A stretch of 19,878 nucleotides of DNA. Source: a virus. Its lineage: Duplodnaviria > Heunggongvirae > Uroviricota > Caudoviricetes. Under the pieces are notes generated by a model. That model made no database searches and had not been told where the DNA came from. It was given only the letters and a program-made list of their open reading frames with translations. Positions 10,171-19,878 of this stretch are shown here, in pieces. Within the stretch, counting starts at the first letter, position 1. Each line of letters opens with the position of its first letter. Both the position numbers and the translations under genes were made by a program. The stretch lies in the IMG/VR virus record IMGVR_UViG_2711768014_000002; one strand, 5' to 3'.

Positions 10171-10745
10171 CGCTTTATTACCATTCTCAGTTGATGCTGC
10201 AGCGCATAGCCCAGCTCTTTCGGAAGACGTTCACGCCGTATCCGTTCAATATTCTGTTTAAACGCCGTGGTCAGCGGCACCGCCATCGGGATTTTCACCA
10301 CATCAATGGGGTAACGGTTTTTCCCGGCCACACGCTGCATAACATGCCACCGGCCGTTTTTCAGTTGCTGAATAAACGCGCCGGGAATACGACGGTTACC
10401 CACCACAAGCACGCTGCCGCCACCTTTCAGGGATGAACGCTGCCCCTTTTTATGACGCCTGCGGCGGGACAGGACAACCCGCGCATTACCCAGCTTGATT
10501 ACGGGCAAATCCCCCCGGTTAACTTTGATTCTGGCCTGCGGATTTTTGACCGTGGCCCTTTTCAGCCTGGCCCTTTCCTTTACCAGTTTCCGGCGTACCT
10601 TTGTCTCACGGGCAACCTGTGACGCAGACTGCGATATCGCGGATGAAGCAACGCGGTTAATGGCCATTGCGGCGGCACCGGGCACCGCCGTTTTGCTGAT
10701 ACGGCTGAGGTTTTCAACGGCCTGCTCAAGACCTTTTATGGCCAT
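10167..10745 (-). CDS. Z: Tail completion protein Z
   Basis: 192-aa minus ORF (MAIKGLEQAVENLSRISKTAVPGAAAMAINRVASS...), the length and position of lambda gpZ. Confidence 0.92.
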   Translation of the reverse strand: MAIKGLEQAVENLSRISKTAVPGAAAMAINRVASSAISQSASQVARETKVRRKLVKERARLKRATVKNPQARIKVNRGDLPVIKLGNARVVLSRRRRHKKGQRSSLKGGGSVLVVGNRRIPGAFIQQLKNGRWHVMQRVAGKNRYPIDVVKIPMAVPLTTAFKQNIERIRRERLPKELGYALQHQLRMVIKR

Positions 10746-10756
10746 ACATCCCCCTT

Positions 10757-11110
10757 TCAGCGGCGACGGTTAACGGCAGGCGGTACGCCCCGTCCAAGCC
10801 AGAGATGACAACTTCCGCCATCATCCGGCGAAACCCGATCTACCCAGAAATTTTCCTCACCGATGGTCAGCGTGTCTCCACGCCGCAGCTGCCGCACCTC
10901 ATCAGTCCGGACAAACAGGGACGGGCTGGAGCCTTCAACGCGCACGCCCTGTCCGGCATAGCTGATATTTTCAGGGTCATCAAAAACACCACGTATCACC
11001 GCACCTGACTGCTCACCGGATGTCATGGTGGCTGACGTTCCCATGTACCCGCGTATCGTTTCATCGGCGCGGGCAATGGCAGCATCGAACAGGTTATCGA
11101 AATCAGCCAC
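10757..11110 (-). CDS. FII: Head-tail joining protein FII
   Basis: 117-aa minus ORF (MADFDNLFDAAIARADETIRGYMGTSATMTSGEQSG...), the length and position of lambda gpFII. Confidence 0.92.
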   Translation of the reverse strand: MADFDNLFDAAIARADETIRGYMGTSATMTSGEQSGAVIRGVFDDPENISYAGQGVRVEGSSPSLFVRTDEVRQLRRGDTLTIGEENFWVDRVSPDDGGSCHLWLGRGVPPAVNRRR

Positions 11111-11121
11111 AGCGCCTCCCG

Positions 11122-11520
11122 TTATTGCATTCTGGCCAGGCCGCGCTCTGTCATTTCGGCTGCCACACCGGCAGAGACACGAAACGCCGTTCCCGGCAGC
11201 ACAAATGCCACAGGTTTATCCCGCGTGGCGTGAAGTGCATCAGTATGCAGCGTCACCAGTGCCACGACCGTGACCAGTTCAGCCGTATCCTGAATCACGG
11301 TATCCGGCTGCGCTGATACCACCTCATTTTCATGCCCGGTCAGCACATTTTCCCGGCTGAGAGGGGTGTCCTGACCGGCAGTTTCATCCGTGTCATCAAG
11401 CTCTTCTTCCAGCTCTGCCACACGAAGCGCCAGTTCTTCTTTCGTTCCCGTCAAACTGACATCGCGGTTCAATTGCTCACCCAGCTCCTGAAGACGGGCA
11501 ATCAGTTCATCTTTCGTCAT
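11122..11520 (-). CDS. FI: DNA-packaging / head assembly protein FI
   Basis: Minus ORF. The true start is the internal ATG at 11520 (MTKDELIARLQELGEQLNRDVSLTGTKEELALRVAELEEELDD..., 132 aa), preceded by GGAGG (revcomp of 11526..11530). The 145-aa ORF in the track is an upstream extension. Confidence 0.9.
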   Translation of the reverse strand: MTKDELIARLQELGEQLNRDVSLTGTKEELALRVAELEEELDDTDETAGQDTPLSRENVLTGHENEVVSAQPDTVIQDTAELVTVVALVTLHTDALHATRDKPVAFVLPGTAFRVSAGVAAEMTERGLARMQ

Positions 11521-11541
11521 GAACTCCTCCACAGAGAGAAA

Positions 11542-11559
11542 ATGGCCCCGAAGGGCCAT
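11542..11559 (-). other. Stable RNA stem-loop (7-bp stem, UUCG tetraloop) immediately 3' of E
   Basis: Minus-strand sequence AUGGCCC-UUCG-GGGCCAU, followed by UUUCUCUCU and the FI ribosome-binding site. Lies between the E stop (11562..11564) and the FI start. Confidence 0.5.
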
Positions 11560-11561
11560 GA

Positions 11562-12587
11562 TTACGCCAGTTGAACGGACACGAACTCATCAGGATCAGC
11601 CAGCAGCATCAGCGGTGCTGACTGAATCATGGTGAACTCACGCGCCGGATCGCCGGTGGTCACCCAGTTTTTCGGGTAACGGGCAGAAGCGTTAATGCCT
11701 TCGCGCTGTGCGTCCGCATCCTGAATGCAGCCATAGGTGCGCAGACCGCGAGCCTGAGTGTTCCCCAGCACCATCGTGTTGTCCGGCAGGAAGTTCTTTT
11801 TGACGCCGTTTTCCACGTACTGTCCGGAATACACGACGATGGCCACATCGCCATACATTCCCTTATAGGACACCGCTTTGCCCAGGTCTTTTACCGCTGT
11901 CTCCAGCTCGGAATGAGAGCCGCGACGGGTATCCAGCTTCTCCTTGACGGCTTTGAAGGAACGGAACAGCGCCCAGCCTTTCGGGTCAAACACGATGATA
12001 TTCACCACACCGCTGGCGTTCAGCGCGTAGGCTTCGATATCGTCGGTCGGGTCATACGTGGACTTGTCACGCTTGCTCCACTCCGTGACGCCGGACTGTG
12101 TGATGTTGTTCGCCGCACTGCGGCCCATATCCACCTCAACCGGATCGAAGGCTTCACCGGTCATGGTGTATTTGCCCTTGAGCACGGCAGAAACTGCCTG
12201 CATCTCTTCGACCTGAGCAATGGCCAGCTCTTCGTCACGCATGTTCTGCATGATGATGCGACGGCGGCGGTAAGCCGGGTCCGCCAGATTCTGCGGATCT
12301 TCATCCGGCAGGCGACGCAGGGTCATCTGCGGATTCACCTCATGCTTGGGTTTGACATATCCCGGCGTAAATTCAGAGGTGGAGCCGCCACGGGAACGGA
12401 TAACCTCACCGGAAACAATCGGCGAAACGTACAGCGCCATGTTTACCAGTCCCGGAATTTGTGAGAGATAGACTTTCTCCGTAGTGAAGGGATAGCTCTC
12501 ACGGAAAAAGAGACGCAGAAACAGCGGATCAAACTTAAATTTCTGCTCATTTGCCGCCAGCAGCTGGGCGGTTGTGTACATCGACAT
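11562..12587 (-). CDS. E: Major capsid protein E
   Basis: Minus ORF. True start at 12587 (MSMYTTAQLLAANEQKFKFDPLFLRLFFRESYPFTTEKVYLSQIPGLVNMALYVSPIVSGEV..., 341 aa, as in lambda gpE). The 350-aa track ORF adds 9 upstream codons. Confidence 0.96.
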   Translation of the reverse strand: MSMYTTAQLLAANEQKFKFDPLFLRLFFRESYPFTTEKVYLSQIPGLVNMALYVSPIVSGEVIRSRGGSTSEFTPGYVKPKHEVNPQMTLRRLPDEDPQNLADPAYRRRRIIMQNMRDEELAIAQVEEMQAVSAVLKGKYTMTGEAFDPVEVDMGRSAANNITQSGVTEWSKRDKSTYDPTDDIEAYALNASGVVNIIVFDPKGWALFRSFKAVKEKLDTRRGSHSELETAVKDLGKAVSYKGMYGDVAIVVYSGQYVENGVKKNFLPDNTMVLGNTQARGLRTYGCIQDADAQREGINASARYPKNWVTTGDPAREFTMIQSAPLMLLADPDEFVSVQLA

Positions 12588-12642
12588 AAAAAAATCCCGT
12601 AAAAAAAGCCACACAGGCGGCCTTTAGTGATGAAGGGTAAAG

Positions 12643-12975
12643 TTAAACGATGCTGATTGCCGTTCCGGCAAACACGGTCCGTTTTTTCGTCTCGTCGCTG
12701 GCAGCCTCCGGCCAGAGCACATCCTCATAACGGAACGTGCCGGACTTGTAGAACGTCAGTGTGGTGCTGGTCTGGTCAGCAGCAACCGCAAGAATGCCAA
12801 CGGCAGCACCGTCGGTGGTGCCATCCCACGCAACCAGCTTACGGGTGGAGGTGTCCAGCATCAGCGGGGTCATTGCAGGCGCTTTCGCACTCAATCCGCC
12901 GGGCGCGGTTGCGGTATGAGCCGGGTCACTATTGCCCAGCGGCTGGTAATGGGTAAAGGTTTCTTTGCTCGTCAT
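12643..12975 (-). CDS. D: Capsid decoration protein D
   Basis: Minus ORF. Start at the second ATG ([43 protein letters not shown]..., 110 aa, as in lambda gpD). Confidence 0.95.
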   Translation of the reverse strand: MTSKETFTHYQPLGNSDPAHTATAPGGLSAKAPAMTPLMLDTSTRKLVAWDGTTDGAAVGILAVAADQTSTTLTFYKSGTFRYEDVLWPEAASDETKKRTVFAGTAISIV

Positions 12976-12984
12976 AAACATCCC

Positions 12985-13590
12985 TTACACTGGTGTGTTC
13001 AGCAAATCGTTAACGGCATCAGATGCCGGGTTACCTGCAGCCAGCGGTGCCGGTGCCCCCTGCATCAGACGATCCAGCGCAGTGTCACTGCGCGTCTGTG
13101 CACTCTGTGGTGCTGCGGCCAGAATACGGCGGGCCGTTTCCACGGTCATACCGGGGGTTTCGGCCAGCACGCGTGCCTGTTCTTCGCGTCCGTGAGCCTC
13201 CTCACAGTTGAGGATCCCCATAATGCGACTGTTTTCTGCCGCAACCGCTGCGGTGATCTGCGCGTTCACGTCCGGCTGCGCCGCGCTGGCGTTCTCGCCC
13301 TCCGTCGCTTGCACCACGCCAGTAACGTCAGCCTGCGAAGCAGTGGCTGAAACAGTTGTTGATTGAGTCTCTTTGGTCATTCGCCCTCCTGAGAGACGGG
13401 ATTTACGTGCATCCAGTGCATCACGCATGACGGTGATCGCATCGGTACTGTTAACAAGTTCATCAGCCAGTCCGGCATCAATGGCCTCCTGACCGCTGTA
13501 CACTGCAGCCTCGGTATCCAGCACAGCCTGCACGGACAGGCCGGTATATGCCGACACCTTCTGTGCAAACATCCGGCGGGTTGCATCCAT
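12985..13590 (-). CDS. Nu3: Scaffolding protein Nu3 (nested in-frame within the 3' third of C)
   Basis: Internal in-frame ATG at 13590 (C residue 239, ...SRMDATRRMFAQKV...) shares the C stop and gives 201 aa, matching the nested Nu3 arrangement of lambda. No independent sequence evidence beyond position and length. Confidence 0.7.
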   Translation of the reverse strand: MDATRRMFAQKVSAYTGLSVQAVLDTEAAVYSGQEAIDAGLADELVNSTDAITVMRDALDARKSRLSGGRMTKETQSTTVSATASQADVTGVVQATEGENASAAQPDVNAQITAAVAAENSRIMGILNCEEAHGREEQARVLAETPGMTVETARRILAAAPQSAQTRSDTALDRLMQGAPAPLAAGNPASDAVNDLLNTPV

Positions 13591-14284
13591 CCGGGACTGC
13601 AATGTTTCCCGGACATCATCCGGTAGATGGCTGTAGGGGTTGCCATCCACCTTATGGCTGCCGCTGTAAATCAGCGTGATTTCCACGCCCTGTTTCTCCA
13701 GTGCAGCGCCGTAATTACTGTGAGCCATCATGACGCCGATGGAGCCTGTCCGGGCGGTCTGCGTGACCAGACGCCGGGAGGCGGCACTGGCAAGCAGCTG
13801 ACCTGCGCTGCAGTTCATGTCATTGGCCAGCGCCCATACCGGCTTTATGTCACGCACACGGGCGATGATGTCAGCGCAGTCAAATGCTCCCGCCACCATT
13901 CCGCCCGGTGTGTCCATATCGAGCAGAATGCCGTCCACCATCGGGTCGCTGGCAGCCTGTTGCAGACGGGCGATAATGCCGTTGTAACCGGTCATCCCCG
14001 AGTACGGCTGCAGCGCCCGCGTCCGGCTGACCAGCGTGCCGGACACCGGCAGCACGGCGATGCCGTTCATTACCTGATAACTGCGGGCCTGTCGTGGTCC
14101 GTCATCATCACCGGATAACGCCAGCGCCGCGGGTGCCTCTCCGGCAGTCAGGCTGTCGCCGGATACTGCATCCGTCAGGCAGCTGATCCCAAGCTGGCCT
14201 GCAAGCGCACAAAAGAAAACCCGCGCATAGGCGGGTTCAAGCATCAGCGGCTCATTAAAAGCCATGCTGGCAATATGCGGGAGA

Positions 14285-14304
<20 letters not shown>
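12985..14304 (-). CDS. C: Head maturation protease / minor capsid protein C (S49/ClpP-like fold)
   Basis: Minus ORF. The supplied 484-aa ORF is an upstream extension; the product matching lambda gpC starts at a GTG (VTAELRNLPHIASMAFNEPLMLEPAYARVFF..., 439 aa). That start overlaps the B 3' end by 20 nt, the arrangement I recall for lambda. Confidence 0.9.
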
Positions 14305-17985
<3,681 letters not shown>

Positions 17986-18011
<26 letters not shown>

Positions 18012-18531
18012 TCAGCAACCCCGGTATCAGTTCATCCAGCGCGGCTGCTTTGTTCATGGCTTTGATGATATCCCGTTTCAGGAAATCAACATGTCGGTTT
18101 TCCAGTTCCGGAAAACGCCGCTGCACCGACAGGGGGATCCCGTCGAGAATACTGGCAATTTCACCTGCGATCCGCGACAGCACGAAAGTACAGAATGCGG
18201 TTTCCACCACTTCAGCGGAGTCTCTGGCATTTTTCAGCTCCTGTGCGTCGGCCTGCGCACGCGTAAGTCGATGGCGTTCGTACTCAATAGTCCCTGGCTG
18301 GAGATCTGTCTCGCTGGCCTGCCGCAGTTCTTCAACTTCCCGGCGCAGCTTTTCGTTCTCAATTTCAGCATCCCTTTCGGCATACCATCTTATAACGGCG
18401 GCAGAGTCATAAAGCACCTCATTACCCTTGCCACCGCCTCGCAGAACGGGCATTCCCTGTTCCTGCCAGTTCTGAATGGTACGGATACTCGCACCGAAAA
18501 TGTCAGCCAGCTGCTTTTTGTTGACTTCCAT
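17986..18531 (-). CDS. Nu1: Terminase small subunit Nu1
   Basis: 181-aa minus ORF (MEVNKKQLADIFGASIRTIQNWQEQGMPVLRGGGKGNEVLYDSAAV...), which I recognise as lambda gpNu1 with a few substitutions. Start is 189 nt from the predicted cosN end. Confidence 0.97.
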
Positions 18532-18555
18532 TGTTCATTCCACGGACAAAAACAG

Positions 18556-18668
18556 AGAAAGGAAACGACAGAGGCCAAAAAGCCCGTTTTCAGCACCTGT
18601 CGTTTCCTTTCTTTTCAGGGGGTGTTTTAAATAAAAACATTAGGTTACGGCGAAGAAGAACGGAAACG
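18556..18668 (-). promoter_or_regulatory. cosB: Nu1-binding sites R1, R2, R3 with intervening IHF-site (I1) region
   Basis: Read on the minus strand from cosN toward Nu1: R3 CGTTTCCGTTCTTCTT (18653..18668), an AT-rich I1-like segment (about 18620..18650), R2 AAAGGAAACGACAG (18597..18610) and R1 CTGTCGTTTCCTTTCTC (about 18556..18572). R1 and R2 form a 14-bp perfect inverted repeat with a 24-bp spacer. These match the cosB elements as I recall them from lambda. Confidence 0.75.
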
Positions 18669-18708
18669 CCTTAAACCGGAAAATTGTCATAAATAGCGAA
18701 AACCCGCG

Positions 18709-18720
18709 CGCCTTCCGCCC
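18709..18720 (-). other. cosN (predicted 12-nt cohesive-end segment), variant sequence
   Basis: Revcomp of 18697..18731 is GACAGGTTACG-GGGCGGAAGGCG-CGCGGGTTTTCG. The flanks are identical to lambda cos (right end ...GATCCGACAGGTTACG, left end ...CGCGGGTTTTCGCTATTTATGA...), but the 12-mer reads GGGCGGAAGGCG rather than the canonical GGGCGGCGACCT (from memory). Confidence 0.7.
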
Positions 18721-18756
18721 CGTAACCTGTCGGATCGCCGGAAAGGACCCGCAAAA

Positions 18757-18771
18757 TGATAATAATTATCA
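18757..18771. promoter_or_regulatory. Perfect Fur-type 7-1-7 palindrome TGATAAT-A-ATTATCA
   Basis: Directly visible at 18757..18771 (full 17-bp palindrome ATGATAATAATTATCAT at 18756..18772). It matches the minimal Fur recognition unit TGATAATnATTATCA. It lies about 40 bp from cosN on the side away from Nu1 (roughly where cosQ is expected) and about 150 bp upstream of the YbcW-like ORF. Function unproven. Confidence 0.35.
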
Positions 18772-18919
18772 TCTACATGTCACAACGTGCATCTACGCCA
18801 TCAAACCACGTCAAATAATCAATTATGACGCAGGTATCGTATTAATTGATCTGCATCAACTTAACGTAAAAACAACTTCAGACAATACAAATCAGCGACA
18901 CTGAATACAGGGCAACCTC

Positions 18920-19153
18920 ATGTCAACGAAGAACAGAACCCGCAGAACAACAACCCGCAACATCCGCTTTCCTAACCAAATGATTGAACAAATTAACATC
19001 GCTCTTGTTCAAAAAGGGTCCGGGAATTTCTCAGCCTGGGTCATTGAAGCCTGCCGCCGGAGACTGTGCTCAGAAAAAAGAGTTTCGCCTGAAGCAAACA
19101 AAGAAAAGAGTGACATTACTGAATTGCTCAGAAAACAGGTTAGACCAGATTGA
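18920..19153 (+). CDS. ybcW: Small ribbon-helix-helix-like protein (YbcW-like, function unknown)
   Basis: 77-aa plus ORF, AT-rich. TRNIRFPNQMIEQINIALVQKGSGNFSAWVIEACRRRL fits a beta-strand / helix / G-x-S turn / helix RHH (Arc/CopG-like) pattern. The N-terminal ~45 aa match what I recall of E. coli YbcW (DLP12 prophage) and the equivalent lambda right-end ORF; the C-terminal tail differs. Recognition is from memory, not a search. Confidence 0.6.
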   Translation: MSTKNRTRRTTTRNIRFPNQMIEQINIALVQKGSGNFSAWVIEACRRRLCSEKRVSPEANKEKSDITELLRKQVRPD

Positions 19154-19210
19154 AGCAATTTAGATAATCGTGCAGACTACGCCCCCTCATATCACATGGA
19201 AGGTACTACA

Positions 19211-19621
19211 ATGGCTCAGGTTGCCATTTTTAAACAAATATTCGATAAAGTGCGAAATAATTTAAACTATCACTGGTTTTATTCTGAACTAAAACGTCAC
19301 AATGTCTCACATTACATTTACTATTTAGCCACAGAGAATATTCATCTTGTTCTTGAAAACGATAATACGGTTTTAATAAAAGGACAGGGTAAGGTTGTAA
19401 ATGTAAGATTTTCAAAAAATAAATGCCTTATAGAAGCCACCTTAAAAGGATTCAAATCAGGAGAGTTATCATTTTACGAATACAGGAAAAATCTTGCTAC
19501 AGCAGGGGTTTTCAGATGGATTACAAATATCCACGAAAACAAAAGGTATTACTATACCTTTGATAATTCATTACTCTTTACTGAGAACATACAGAACACT
19601 ACACAAATATTTCCGCACTAA
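19211..19621 (+). CDS. ybcV: DUF1398-family protein (YbcV-like, function unknown)
   Basis: Plus ORF, very AT-rich. I prefer the second ATG at 19211 ([65 protein letters not shown]..., 136 aa) because GGAAGG precedes it by ~7 nt; the track ORF starts 5 codons earlier at 19196. Resembles E. coli YbcV and the lambda right-end ORF as I recall them (roughly three-quarters identical by eye). Confidence 0.6.
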   Translation: MAQVAIFKQIFDKVRNNLNYHWFYSELKRHNVSHYIYYLATENIHLVLENDNTVLIKGQGKVVNVRFSKNKCLIEATLKGFKSGELSFYEYRKNLATAGVFRWITNIHENKRYYYTFDNSLLFTENIQNTTQIFPH

Positions 19622-19878
19622 ATCATAACGTCCGGTTTCTTCCGTGCCAGAACCGGACTCGCTGGCATGATGAAATATGTGTACCCGGTAACCCCGGTGT
19701 GCATCGTTTTTGATTATTCCCGCACACTCGCGCAGAAGGAGTTCCCCGTCGGGCTACGGTCTCTGTTAATACGGGAATACGGCGACGATTGGATTTGCCC
19801 CTATATTTCCAGACATCTGTTATCACTTAACCCATTACAAGCCCGCTGCCGCAGATATTCCCGTGGCGAGCGATAACC

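Noticed and set aside
12588-12642. Possible terminator between D and E (A-run, short GC stem, T-run on the minus strand)
   Set aside because: The stem is only about 3 bp (GCC/GGC). It is too weak to call, and the T-run more likely belongs to the E translation-initiation region.
19230-19415. 61-aa minus-strand ORF
   Set aside because: Lies entirely inside, and antisense to, the better-supported YbcV-like ORF. AT-rich sequence throws up such frames by chance.
18920-19621. Calling the RHH + DUF1398 pair a toxin-antitoxin or anti-phage defence system
   Set aside because: Only the RHH fold and the two-gene layout suggest it. There is no recognisable toxin fold, no overlap or coupling of the ORFs, and the pair is a common conserved neighbour of cos. 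Kept as a hypothesis in the findings, not as an annotation.

Overview
This window is collinear, gene for gene, with the virion-morphogenesis (left-arm) module of a lambda-like siphovirus, lying in reverse orientation. On the minus strand, from window start to ~18.5 kb: J (3' end runs off the window start), I, K, L, M, H, G/G-T, V, U, Z, FII, FI, E, D, C/Nu3, B, W, A, Nu1. The identifications rest on my own translation of the reading frames and on recognising the proteins, their lengths and the characteristic overlaps. Nothing was searched against a database. Upstream of Nu1 is a recognisable cos site (cosB R-sites, cosN, cosQ-proximal DNA). Beyond it are two small AT-rich plus-strand ORFs that I recognise as YbcW-like and YbcV-like, the pair found next to cos in lambda-type genomes and E. 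coli cryptic prophages. Because phage DNA flanks cos on both sides, the molecule is in the joined-cos form (prophage, circle or concatemer), not a virion end. There are two N runs (1233..1607 inside J; 4879..5128 inside L). I saw no tRNA, rRNA, CRISPR array, IS element, integrase or attachment site. I do not see a convincing novel multi-gene system. The observations worth a second look are small: a 6-nt block difference from canonical lambda in the cosN 12-mer, a perfect Fur-type 7-1-7 palindrome next to cos, the AT-rich two-gene cassette of unknown function, and a stable UUCG stem-loop just after the major capsid gene.
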